A stretch of DNA of 64,000 bases from Malacoraja senta (taxonomy: Eukaryota), in NCBI GenBank assembly GCA_038087875.1, contig CM075997.1:5892001-5956000 (forward strand), written 5' to 3'. This document shows, piece after piece, positions 37,481 through 49,360 of the stretch. The notes below the pieces were generated by a model that was not told the DNA's origin, made no database searches, and worked only from the letters and a program-made list of their open reading frames with translations. How positions within the stretch are numbered: the stretch's first letter is position 1; every line of letters starts with the position of its first letter. Made by a program: the position numbers and the translations under genes.

Positions 37481-39147
37481 ATGATTGACATGGGCTGTAG
37501 AGTAGATGAGAGCAAGGAGACTTTGGTATGCAAATACAAAGAACTGAGAAAATGGCCGATGGTGATTAAGACATTTGGGATGTCTTCATTAACTGCTACC
37601 TAGAGTAAAAGAACCGAAGGACTTGGATTCATTTATAAAACAGTGGTTAAGCCACAGAATTTTAAGTGCAGTTCTACTCACCACCCTTAGAAAGGATACG
37701 ATTGTACCGGAGATGGTACAATAGAGATTCACCAGATTGTGGCCGAGGATGGAATACTTCAGTACTGAGTGACTGGACAACAGAGCCGGATTTACCATCA
37801 GACTTCATGGGCAGAAGCCTAGGGCCTCGAAATCTAGGGGGCCTCCGGCCAAGGCAGGACTCGAAATTAACGGTTGCCCAGGTGCCAATGGCCACCTAAC
37901 GTCCCGCCGGGCCAGGCAACCTGACAGTTTTGTCATTTTGCCCGGCTTGGCAAGGACCCGGGACACCTGCCGTTCAACTTTGAGCTGGCCCCCCTCTCTA
38001 TCTCTCTCTCTCTCTCTCTCTGGATTCTCCGTCTCCGCCCACCCTCCGTATCCGTGTCCGCCGGGTCTCCGCTCGCTCCTCATCCTCCGGCACGGCCGGC
38101 TGCCTTGCAAATGCGCACTGCTACGGCCAGCACATCCTCCCCCTGCACATGCGCACAACCACGGCCAGCACATCATCGGCTGCCCTGCACATGCGCACTG
38201 TCACGGCAACTGGTCGGCGCTGGGCACTTACTCCCTCGCTTTGAATTGTGGGAGATCGGACTGCCATTGTTGTCCGGTCGCCGTCTCGTCGCTACCACTG
38301 AAAACCAACCCAGAATCACTCCCTGGAGCTGGAGTAACTACCTGGAGTAACTCTTGCTTCTGGTTTCCTGGTCCTCCAAAAATATTCTAAATGGAATTTA
38401 AACTGGAGGTGGTAGAGGGTCCATCACCAAACTCCAAACTCTGAACAATAACAGCCTATTGTATTTTATCTTTTTATTTATTGTGTATATATATGGTCCA
38501 TGGTATATAAACACACTGAACTTTTTATCTCCTATTCTGTATTATGTTTACATATTCTGTTGTGCTGCTGCAAGCAAGAATTTCATTGTCCTATCTGGGA
38601 CACATGACAATAAAACTCTCTTGACTCTTGACTTGGACAAGCAAAAAAGGGTTCTTGGGGAAAAAAGAGTTACCTTAAATTTATTTGCGTGAGGTTGGGT
38701 AACTATGGTAGGGTGAAGACTATTCCATGCTTTAATTGTGCGGGGGAACTCCATGGAGCAGCCAGCAACTCTGGATAGAAGAAATTGTGTGATGTTTCGG
38801 GTAGAGACCCTTCTTTAGACTCCCTCTGGTTTTAGTATTTTTAGTTTAATTTAAAGATACAGCGTGGAAACAGGCCCTTCGGCCCACCGAGTCCACGACG
38901 ACCACCGATCACCCGTACACTAGTTCTATCCCACATATTAGTGATGTAAGTCAAGAGTATTTTATTCTCACGTCCCAGTTAGAACAATGAAATCCTTACT
39001 TGCAGCAGCACAACAGAATATGTAAACATAGTACTCTGTAAACAATGTTATAAACGAAAAAACAAAACGGTGTAAATTTATATATGAATATATAACTGTA
39101 TAAATAAATAAATATATGTGTCTGTGTGTAATATATATACCCCCCCC

Positions 39148-39193
39148 CCACACACACACACACACGCACACACACAGACACACACACACACAC
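39148..39193. repeat. Imperfect (CA)n microsatellite
   Basis: Direct read. Confidence 0.95.
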
Positions 39194-39664
39194 AATTTCC
39201 CTCCTGGGATTAATAAAGTTATATCGTATAGTATCGTGTGTGTAGGAAGGAACTGCAGATGCTGGTTCAAACTGAAGATAGACACAAAAAGCTGGAGTAA
39301 CTCAACAGGTCAGACAGAATCTCTGGACAAAAGGAAAATATTACGTTTTGGGTTGGGTCTGAAATAGGTTCCTGCACACCTTTGGAATGTGAAAGGAAAC
39401 AAGAGCACCCAGAGAAAACCCATGCGATCAAAGGGAAAAGGAGCAAACTCCATACAGACAGCACCCATATTCAGGATCAATTCCGGGTCTCTGGCACTTT
39501 TAGGCAGCAACGTTATGGCCAATGAACTGAATTAAACCATACAGTAGCTTTAAAGGGGGACATAACGTCACTTGGAGATTTGAGACTGAAAATGGGGATA
39601 TTTTCATTTTTTTAGTAACCATAGTTATCAACGTATAATTTTTTGTGTGTCGGAAAACAAAATA

Positions 39665-39892
39665 TAGTGGCACAGCTGGTCGACTTGCTGCCTCACACGC
39701 CAGAGATCTGTGTTCGATCCTGTCCTCGGGCACTGTTTGTGTTGAATTTGCACATTCTCCCTGCAAGCGTGTGGGTTTCCTCCCACATCCCAAAGACGCA
39801 TTGGCTTTGTAGATTAACTTGTCTCTGTAAAATTTCCCCTAATGTGTAGGGAGTCGGTGAGGAAAGTGGGATAACAGAACTTGTGTGAATGG
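39665..39892 (+). mobile_element. tRNA-derived V-SINE (HE1-like)
   Basis: A box TGGCACAGCTGG, B box GTTCGATCC, central ...TTTGCACATTCTCCC...CCCACATCCCAAAGAC domain. Confidence 0.8.
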
Positions 39893-40330
39893 GTAGACAA
39901 AAATGCTGGAGAAACTCAGCGGGTGAGGCAGCATCTATGGAGCGAAGGAAATAGGCGAGGTTTCGGGTCGAGACCCTTCTTCAGACTGATGTGAGGGTGA
40001 GGGGGACGGGAAGAAGAAAGTAAGAGGCGGAGACAGTGGGCTGAGGGAGAGCTGGGAAGGGGAGGAGAAAGCAGGGACTACCTGAAATTGGAGAAGTCAA
40101 TGTTCATACCGCTGGTGTGTAAACTATCCAAGTGAAATATGAGGTGCTGCTCCTCCAATTTATGGTGGGCCTCACTCTGACCATGGAAGAGGCCCAGGAC
40201 AGAAAGGTCGGATTCGGAATGGGAGGGGGAGTTGAAGTGCTGTGCCACCGGGAGATCAGGTTGGTTATTGCAAACCGATCGGAGGTGTTGGGCGAAGCAA
40301 TCGGCAAGCCTGTGCTTGGTCTCACCGAGG
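39893..40330 (-). mobile_element. Penelope 3' fragment (GIY-YIG C-terminus and terminal repeat)
   Basis: GETKHRLADCFAQHLRSV...VAQHFN...EEQHLIFHL...GMN, followed by the terminal repeat with a hammerhead-like core. Confidence 0.88.
39957..39988 (-). ncRNA. Second hammerhead-like motif (helix III variant GAAACCUC)
   Basis: Minus strand CAGU-CUGAAGA-A-GGGUCUCGACCC-GAAA-CCUC, downstream of the Penelope GIY-YIG fragment. Confidence 0.5.
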
Positions 40331-42122
40331 TTGATCATACACTGAATAATCCAACCACATTTTTGTTTGGAAGTGGAAAGAAATAATAGAAAGTGCATTC
40401 ATTGATAATACAGAGTTGAGATACTGTATTATAATTTTGCTGCATGTCATTGTGGTATATATCATGTCTTGATTGGTGAATATGTTTAGTTTGTGACTTT
40501 ATTTGAAGCAGAAATAATATATGAATGCTTCATTGAGCATAATTCTGACTGGTAACTACGCACTTTGTCCGAGCACATTATTGCACGCGTCATGCAAGCC
40601 ATCTTAAATGACCACCTAAACTGTCATTTGACATCCTAAAAAGCTGTCAAGGTTGCCCGGTTGACAACAGAGAAAAAAAGTTAAGAGAGAGCCCTGCAAG
40701 GTGTATAATATTTTTGACACTGTCATAGGCCTTTCTTACATATGCTGTCACAACGCACTGTAGTCTCTAAACAACCCTTCAGTCATTTTCCTTGCCCTCC
40801 ATTTCAGAATAATAGTGTTTTAAGCTGATAACTCGACACGAGCACTGGCAATAAATAAATAAATAAAAAGCGCAGCTTTCCAGCCCCTTATCTCATTGGC
40901 CACGCTCGGCTGCAAATCGGTGTCAATCTGGTGGACTCTTCCATCTTCCTCTAGTCGTGGGGGTGGGATATTGGGAGGGGCCCTCACAAGTGGAACAGCC
41001 TAGGGCCTCTCTTCATCTAAATCCAGCACTGCTGGACAAGCTCAATTTGTTTTCCTTGGAGCAGAGGAGGCTGAAGGGGTAGCTGGTAAATTTTCTTTAT
41101 TACAAAAGTTTCTAAAACCTGAGGACAGAGGTTTAGGGTGAAGTTTAGTGTCACAAAGCTATACAACATGGAAACAGGCCATTTGGCCTACTTTGTCCAT
41201 ACCAGCCAAGTTGGCCTTCTGGGCCCCGATATATCTGTCCAAATGTCTTTCGAAAGTTGTAATTGTATCCACTTCTATAACTTTCTCTGGCAGCTCACTC
41301 CAAATATGGTCTACCTTCCGAATGAAAAAGTTGCCCTGACATGCCTCTTAAATCTCTCCCCTCTGATCTTAAGCCTATGCTGTAGGAAGGAACTGGAGAT
41401 GCTGGTTTAAACTGAAGCTGTGTTATAGAATTCTCTACCCTGAGAAAAAGGTATTGGGCGTTCATTGTATCCATGCCCCTCATGATCTTGTACACCTCAA
41501 TAAAGTCAACCTTCAGCTTCCTATGCTCCAAAGAAAAAAAGTCCTAGCCTATTCAACCTCACTATAATTCAAGGCGGTAAGTCCAGGTAATATAATGGTG
41601 AATCTCTGCTGCACTCTTTCCAACTAATGACATATTTCCTATGAATGGGCGACCTGAACACACTCAGCACTCTGGCTTTACCAATGACTTATACAGTTGC
41701 TTTATGATGATGTGTCAACTTTTGTACTCAATACCCTTCCCAATGAAGGCACTTGTGGCAAATGCCTCCTTCACCAACCTGTCCACCTGACTTGCCATTT
41801 TCAGGGAACCGTACAGATCTATCTCAGATTCTTCAACACTCTCCACAGCTCTACCATTTACTGTGAACCCCTGCTCTGGTTTGACACACCAAAGTGCACA
41901 CCTCACACTTGTCAGAGTTAAATTTCATTTTCCATTCCTTATCGCATCTTCTTGACTGATGGGACGAAAGGAATTGAGGTGGAGTACAGGCTCCAAACAC
42001 CAATGGTGATGGTCGAATGCTTCAGTTTCCTAGGCGTAAATATCACAAACATGTTAATCACACCTTGTACATTCACATCCAAGCCATTACCATATATCAT
42101 AAATAGCACTAATAGCACAAAT

Positions 42123-42643
42123 AGTTTAGTTTAGAGATACAGCACAGAAACAGGCCCTTCGGCCCACCGGGTCGACGCCGTCCAGCGATCCCTGCATATT
42201 AACACTATCCTACACACACTAGGGACATTTCTTTTTACACTTACCAAGCCAGTTTACCTACATACCTGTACGTCTTTGGAGTTATGGGAGGAAACCAAAG
42301 ATCTCTGAGAAAATCCACGCAGGTTTAGTTTAGTTTAGAGATACAGCGCAGAAACAAGCCCTTTCGGCCCACTGGGTCCGCACCGACTAGCGATCCCCGC
42401 ACATTAACACTATCCTATACCCACGAGGGACAATTATTACATTTACCAAGCCAATTAACCTACATACCTGCACGTCTTTGGAGTGTGGGAGGAAACTGAT
42501 GATCTCGGAGAAAACTCACGCAGGTCACGGGGAGAACGTACAAACTCCGCACAGACAGCACCCGTAGTCGGGATTGAACACAGGTCTCCAGCACTGCAAG
42601 CACTGTAAAGCAGCAACTCTATCGCTGCGCCTCCGTGCCGCCC
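42123..42643 (-). mobile_element. Two tandem HE1-like V-SINEs (one truncated ~42123-42323, one full ~42324-42643)
   Basis: (CTAAA)n tails, duplicated 3' halves, and a tRNA-like head with A/B boxes at ~42570-42643 on the minus strand. Confidence 0.85.
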
Positions 42644-45600
42644 TTAGAATAGCAAAATAATCACTCACAACACTGATCCAAATGGAATATTTCTATTTGC
42701 AGGCATCCAATCAGAAAAACACCCTTCTACAACTATCCCCTGCCACCAAGGCAACATTGTTTCAAATTAGCCATCTCACCTTGGATCCCATACACCTTAA
42801 TCTTTTGGACTTGCCTTCCTCATGGGATGTTGTCAAATGTCTCTCTAGTCCTGGCAACACTCTTGTAAATCTTCTCTGCACTTTTTCTAGATTAATGAGA
42901 TTCTTCTTTTAGCAGGGTGACCCAAACACAACACAATACTGGAAATGTGGCCTCACTAATGTCTCGTACAACTGTAACATAATGTGCCACCTGTCCACTG
43001 AAGGCCAATGTCCCAAATACCGCCCAATCTACACTACTTTTCTGGAATTATGCACCTGCTCTACAACACTCCCCAGGGACGTACCGTTCTCTGTGAATGT
43101 CCTGCCCTGGTTTGACTTCCCAAAATGCAACATCTTGTACTTATCTGCATTAAACTCTAATAGCCATTCCTCAGCCCACTTATCCAGCTGATCAAGATCC
43201 TGCTGTAATTTTTGATAGGCTGTAAATATCTATGACACCTCCAACTTCAGTGTCATCAGCAAACGCTAATAATTCTTTGTACATTTTCATCCAAATTTGT
43301 GATATAAACTACGAAGAACAATGAACCCCCAGCACACCACTCGTCACAGGATTCTAGTCCAATAAACAATGTTCCACAACCACTTACATGAAATCACCAC
43401 CTATAACCCACCATATAGAATCTAGAGCCCACTATAAAGAATCTTATAAACGCCCTTGTTGAAGCTCATATAGACAACATTTATGGGCAAGCCCTCATCA
43501 ACCTTCTTGGTTACTTCTTCAAAAAACTTAATTAAATTTGTAAAACACGATCTCCCATGTACTAAACCATGCTGACTATCCATAATCATAGTCCATATTA
43601 ATGCATTTATATCCTATCTCAGTTCAGTTTGTTTTTAGTGTGTACCGAGGTACAGTGAAAAGCTTTTGTTGCATGCTAGACAATCAGCAGAAAGACAATA
43701 CATGATTACAATTGATCCATTTACAGTGTATAGATACATGATAAGGAAATAATGTTTAGTGCAAGGTAAAGCCAGCATCAAGGATCAAGGTCCGATCAAG
43801 GATAGTCCGAGGGTCATCAAAGAGATAGATAGTAGATCAGCACTGCTCTCTGGTTGTGGTAGGATGATTCAGTTGCCTGATAAGAGCTTGGAAGAAACTG
43901 TCCCTGAATCTGGTGGTCGCGACCCGAAACGTCGCCTATTCCTTCACTCCAGAGATGCTGCCTCACCTGCTGAGTTTCTCCAGCTTTTTTGTCTACCTCT
44001 GAATTCAAGATTCAATCTTTAATTGTCATTGTGCAGTGTACAGTACAGAGACAACGAAATGCAGTTAGCATCTCACCCAGAAGAGCGAACATAGAATAAT
44101 GGAACAGCAGAATATATAAATGTACACACAGTATCAATAATGCAATTTTTACTGGGGGAAGGAGTGTCCGGGGGGGGTGGTGGTGACTGGCAATCATCAA
44201 GGTGCAGAGTTAAGTAGTGTAACAGCCGCAGGGAAGAATCTGTTCCTGAACCTGCTGGTCCGGCAACGGAGAGACCTGTAGCGCCTCCCGGATGGGAGGA
44301 GGGTAAACAGTGTGTGGCTGGGGTGAGCGCAGTTCTTGACGATGCTGCGCGCCCTTCGCAGACATCGCTTGCTATGAACAGACTCAATGGAGGGGAATGA
44401 GGAACCGGTGATGCGTTGGGCAGTTTTCACCACCCTCTGCCATGCTTTCAGGTCGGAGACAGAGCAGTTGCTATACCATACTGTGATACAGTTGGTAAGG
44501 ATGCTCTAGATGGTGCAGCGGTAGAAGTTCACCAGAATCTGAGGAGACAGATGGACCTTCTTTAGTCTCCTCAGGAAGAAGAGACGCTGGTGAGCCTTCT
44601 TGACCAGTGTTGAGGTATTGTGGGTCCAAGAGAGGTCATCAGAGATGTTGACCCCCAGAAATCTGAAGCTGGAAACACGTTCCACCTCCGTCCCGTTAAT
44701 ATGGACGGGGTGTCAGGGCTCTCGCTTAACTTTTTTTCCCTGTTGCCAGCCGGGCAACCTTGGCAGCTTTTTAGGTTGCCAACTGACAGTTTAGGTGATC
44801 ATTTAAGATGGCTTGCATGACGCGTGCGATAATGTGCTCGGACGAAGTGCGTAGTTACCAGTCGGAATTATACTCAATGAAGCATTCACATATTATTTCT
44901 GCTTCAAATAAAGTCACAAACTAAACATATTCACCAATCAAGACATGATATATCCCACAATGACATGCAACAAAATTATAATACAATATCTCAACTCTTT
45001 TTACACATTGCAATTAATGCAATTTCTATTAGTTCTTTCCACTTCCAAACTAAAATGTGGTTGGATTATTCAGCGTATGATTAACCTGTGTCAATAAATC
45101 CTGGACCATGGGAACATATATGCTTAACCATGCATACTACAGATTGATGCAAGCATGTTCTCTGTGAAGGACCGAAAATGACCATAACATGGCCATAGCA
45201 TGGGTCGTTATTGCTATTGGTACAGAAACACTCTCGTTTCCCACATAATTTATCCACAACAAAATATACAGGTTGCAAGGAAATTTCTATAGGCATTTTA
45301 TGATAATAGGTGTTAAAACCAACTATACCCATCTGATAGGTTAAACATTACACTAACTGACAAGAGATGGCCAAAGGACATAACTGCAACAAATGTTCTT
45401 TTGGTAATATATTTAAAGGTGTCAAGACGCCACATTACCAGACATTCAGATTAGATGTATGTGTTGTGAATAGCAATGAACATACCCAGTTTGTAAGCAC
45501 CAGATTAAAAAAAATATTGATAAATGCTGTTTCCATCATTCCCACTTCAGAATTAATGTTAAAATTTCAACTGAAATATCTCCTGACCAAATTTGTGATG

Positions 45601-45919
45601 TATATGATTGACTGTAGAAATAAAACCTGGATAAATCCAATGTATAGTTGTGGATGTTGCTCATTAAATAACTACAATACTGATACTCCATATTAAGAGC
45701 ATTGATTTTCGTTAAAATGAATTCTGTAATAACGTGGCAACGGCAGCAGTGACAATCGAACACTGCGGTTTTAATGTTTCACGTGTTCACAATTTAATTA
45801 ATCCATCTTTATGGATTAAAACAAATAATAACATTGGGAATTAAAACACATTTGATTGCATTCCGTTATCAAACATAGTCAATGTTTGCTCTGAAGACAT
45901 TTCCAGCACAATATGGTCA

Positions 45920-46728
45920 GGGAGGGGGGTGTGTGTGAATCAGTGCGGGGTGGATAGATGGCGGGTGTGGGGGGGGGGGGGGGGGGTTAGAAGGCAGTCG
46001 GTGCAGAATGGATGGATTGAGGCAGGTGAATTAGTATGTGTTGGTTGGAGTAGGTAAAATTGTGAGGGGAGAGCACCGGGGATGTCAGTGGAGTTGAATG
46101 GGGGGGTTCAGTACGGGATGGATGGGGGTAGACAAAAGTGCTGGAGAAACTCAGCGGGTGAGGCAGCATCTATGGAGCGAAGGAAATAGGCAACGTTTCG
46201 GGTCGAGACCCTTCTTCAGACTGTTCCCCCATTCTTCTTGAATGGGAGGATCAGTACAGGATGGATGGGGGGGAGATCAGCGCAGGATGAATGGGAGGGG
46301 GGGTCAGTACAGTGTGGTTTGGAGAGTCTGTGCAGGATGAATGGGGGATCACTACAGGATGAATGAGGGGAAGGGGGGAAGGTACAGGGTAAATGGAGGG
46401 TGAGTCAGTATGGGATGAATGCGTGGATTGGTACAGGATGGATGGGGGATCAGTACAGGATGGATGGAGGGGAGGTGCAGGATGGATGGGAAAGGGGTAA
46501 GTACAGGGTGAATTGGGGAACCAGTGTAGGATGGATGGGGGGGGGGGTGGCAGGAGAATCAATGCGAGGTGGATAGGGTGATCAGCGCAGGATGAATAGA
46601 TGGGGGGGGGGGGGGGTAGATGAGGATGGGAGCACAGGGGATGTCAGTGAGGACTGAATAGAGGCGGGAATGGGGATCAGTGTGGGATGGAGTGGAGGGG
46701 TCCCAGGATAAGGGGGTGGAGGGGGCGT

Positions 46729-46775
<47 letters not shown>

Positions 46776-46800
46776 GGGTGCGAGGTGGGGAGGAAGGAAG
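45920..46800 (+). repeat. G-rich low-complexity/minisatellite region with (GA)n microsatellite at ~46732-46770
   Basis: Recurrent CAGTACAGGATG(G/A)ATGGGGG-like units, poly-G runs and an (AG)n tract. Confidence 0.85.
46191..46223 (-). ncRNA. Minimal hammerhead ribozyme-like motif in a Penelope terminal repeat
   Basis: Minus strand reads CAGU-CUGAAGA-A-GGGUC-UC-GACCC-GAAA-CGUU-G: both conserved core boxes, a 5-bp helix II and a palindromic AACGUU minimal helix III. Helix I is weak. Confidence 0.65.
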
Positions 46801-49036
46801 GGCAACGCTCCTCGGACAACATCGCCCCGCTGCCTTGGCCGTTGGGAACTCCTCGCCACCGCCTCCCTCCTGCGCCAGCCAACAGCAAGGTGCGGGGCCG
46901 AGCGGTGCAGCTCAAAGATCCTATAGCTATAAGATCTTTGGTGCAGCTGCTGCAGAAGGGTCGGAGCGAATGACGGGTCCCGAACAGTGGCTGCGACAGC
47001 GTTTCCATCTCCTCCCGCCCCCCGCCCGCCCTGATAAGGGCCTCTGCATGTAAATCCGGTAACCGCGCTTTCAAAACCAAACCCTCCCGCACTCCGATGC
47101 CTCCCCCTCCCTCCCTCCTCCCTGCCTCGGCGTGCAGGAGGGTTTGTTTTGATAGCGCGGTTAGCGGATTTACATGCAGAGGCCCTTATCAGGGCGGGCG
47201 GGGGATGGGAGGAGGAGGAGATGGAGCCGCTGTTGCCGCTGTTCGGGGCCCGTCATTCGCTCCGACCCTTCCTCACCCCGCACCTTGTATCTTTCCCCCG
47301 CACAGCCGCCGCCGACACGAAACGTCGCGTTCCTTTTCTCCAGAGATGCTGCCTGACCCGCGGAGTTACTCCAGTTTTTTGTGTCTATCTTCGGTACAAA
47401 CCAGTATCTGGTTGCCAAGCTGGGCAAAATGACTCGGTGTTTAGGTTGCCCGGCAGCGCTTTGAGTGGTCAGTGGCACCCGGGCAACCGCTAATTTCGAG
47501 CCCTGGGTGTGCGTGCCGCCCCTAGACCTTCTGTAGTCCACAATGAGCTCCTTGGTCTTCTTGGAGTTAAGGGCCAGGTTGTTGTCAGCGCACCATGCTG
47601 CTAGGAGCTGAACCTCCTCCCTATAGGCCGACTCATCGTTGTCGCTGATGAGGCCAATCACCGTTGTATCATCTGCATACTTGCTGATGGTGTTAGTACC
47701 ATGAACAGGTGTGCAGTCATAGGTGAAGATGGAGTAGAGGAGAGGGCTCAGCACACAGCCCTGTGGAACGCCGGTGTTCAGGGTGAGGGTTGAAGAGGTG
47801 TGCTTGTCTAACCTAACAGACTGGGGTCTGTTAGTTAGAAAGTCCAGTATCCAGTTGCAGAGGGAGGGGTCGATGCCCAGGTCGCTGAGTTTGGTGATCA
47901 GTTTTGAGGGGATAATGGTGTTAAATGCTGAGCTAAAGTCGATGAACAGCATTCTCACGTAGGTGTCTCTGTTGTCGAGGTGGGAGAGGGCGTAGTGAAG
48001 TGCCGTTGAGATGGCATCCTCCGTACTCCTGTTCTTGCGGTAGGCGAACTGATAGGGGTCCAGTGTGGGAAGTAGGCAGCCTTTGAGGTGTGCCAGGACC
48101 AGCCTCTCGAAGCACTTGGTGATGATGGGAGTAAGTGCAACTGGGCGGAAGTCGTTGAGGCTCGCCGCAGTGGAGTGTTTTGGCACCGGCACGATGGAGG
48201 TGGTTTTAAGCCATGTGGGGACAACTGCTTGGGCAAGTGACAGGTTGAAGATGTCAGTCCAGACGTCTGTCAGTTGCGCAGCACAGGCCCTGAGGAAGCG
48301 CCCGGGGATGCCGTCAGGGCCAGCAGCCTTGGTGTTGTGCGTCTTTACACTTCTATACATTTCACCGAATGCTCTCCAGTAACATGCCTACCACAGATGT
48401 TAGGTTCTATAGTTCACTGGATTACAAAGTATTAGTTTGTAATAGTTCGTATTCAATTAAAGGTTGGAAAATACTTAGATTGTTTTTTCTGGAACATCGG
48501 AGGCTGAGTGGTAACCTGATGTAAATTAAGAGAGACATAGATAGGATATATTGTCAGTCTTTTTCCCAGGGAGAAATATCAAATACTGGAGAACATGGAT
48601 TTGAGGTGAGTGGGGTAAAGTTTAGAGGAGATTTGCAAGGCAATTTTTTTACACAGTGAGAGGTAGGTAGGCTGGAATGTGCTGTCATGGGAAGCAATTG
48701 AAACAGATACAATAGCAACATTTAAGGAATATTAAACAGGCACACAAATGAACAGGCTGTGTACGGAGGGATATATATAATGTACAGGCAGATAAGATTT
48801 GTTTACATTAGCATCATGGGGCGGAAGGGCCTGTTCCTTGTTTGTCAACGATATCTCATGGTGCTTTTCTACCATCCTAACTTCTTTCTCAAGTCCAACA
48901 ACATTATTTGTTTTATCTGTGAAGTGCCTCCTTCCTCATCGGAATGGAAACAAAGAGCTCAACAAGTTTCCTGAACACAGTTTAGAAATCCTTTTCATCT
49001 TCCTTTACTCCAGTTAATCAATATCAGGTTAATTTG

Positions 49037-49360
49037 GGTGGCACTGTAGCGCAGCTGGTAGAGCTGCTGCTTCACAGCGCCAGAAATTCAGGTTCGATCC
49101 TGACCGTGGGTGCTGCTGTGTGGAGTTTGCATGTTTTCCCTGTGACCGCATGGAATTCCTCTGGGTGCTCTGATTTCCTGCCACATCCCAAAGGCATGCA
49201 GATTTGTAGGTTAATTGGCCTCTGTCAAATTGCCACTAGTGTGTAGGGAGTCGATGAGAAAGTGGGATAGTATTGAACCCGTATGAATGGTGGATCTGTG
49301 TTTGATGTGGATTCGATTAGCCAAAAGGCCTGTTTCCATGCTGTTTCTCTTAAAAACTAA
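49037..49360 (+). mobile_element. Full-length tRNA-derived V-SINE (HE1-like)
   Basis: A box TAGCGCAGCTGG, B box GGTTCGATCC, V domain TGTGTGGAGTTTGCATGTT, and a 3' end GGCCTGTTTCCATGCTGT shared with the HER1-like LINE 3' ends in this window. Confidence 0.88.

Larger units (their letters stand above)
37855..40696 (-). mobile_element. Non-autonomous DNA transposon, copy A (hAT5-like, 5-bp TSD)
   Basis: Termini CAGGACTC...GAGCCCTG; TSD CAAGG at 37850-37854 and 40697-40701; both ends are reverse complements of the ends of 44714-47505. Confidence 0.85.
37781..41031. mobile_element. hAT-type MITE (~410 bp of own sequence) split by a 2.8 kb insertion
   Basis: Imperfect TIRs CAGAGCCGGATTTA / TAAATCCAGCACTG; perfect 8-bp TSD CTGGACAA at 37773-37780 and 41032-41039; host is a CR1-like fragment. 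Confidence 0.85.
44714..47505 (+). mobile_element. Non-autonomous DNA transposon, copy B (hAT5-like, 5-bp TSD)
   Basis: TIR CAGGGCTC...GAGCCCTG; TSD GGTGT at 44709-44713 and 47506-47510; interrupts the Rex ORF; no transposase ORF seen. Confidence 0.88.
44004..48331 (-). mobile_element. Rex1/Babar-type LINE (5'-truncated RT region), split by DNA transposon copy B
   Basis: [63 protein letters not shown]. Resumes left of 44714 with VVKTAQRI...HTLFTLLPSGRRYRS...SFFP-like sequence and a (TTGAATC)n tail. Confidence 0.92.

Noticed and set aside
37938..38390. 150-aa GC-rich ORF as captured gene cargo
   Set aside because: No recognisable domain, it includes a (CT)n tract, and open frames are expected in GC-rich repeat DNA.
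46251..47092. Pro-rich and ER/SL-repeat ORFs
   Set aside because: They are translations of G-rich low-complexity DNA and the (GA)n microsatellite.
47170..48360. 396-aa ORF as a novel RT fusion protein
   Set aside because: It is Rex RT sequence running by chance into the inserted DNA transposon at 47505; the true continuation is left of 44714.
49037..49110. tRNA gene (also ~39665 and ~42600)
   Set aside because: The A/B boxes are SINE heads followed by a V domain and LINE-like tail; no complete cloverleaf was seen.
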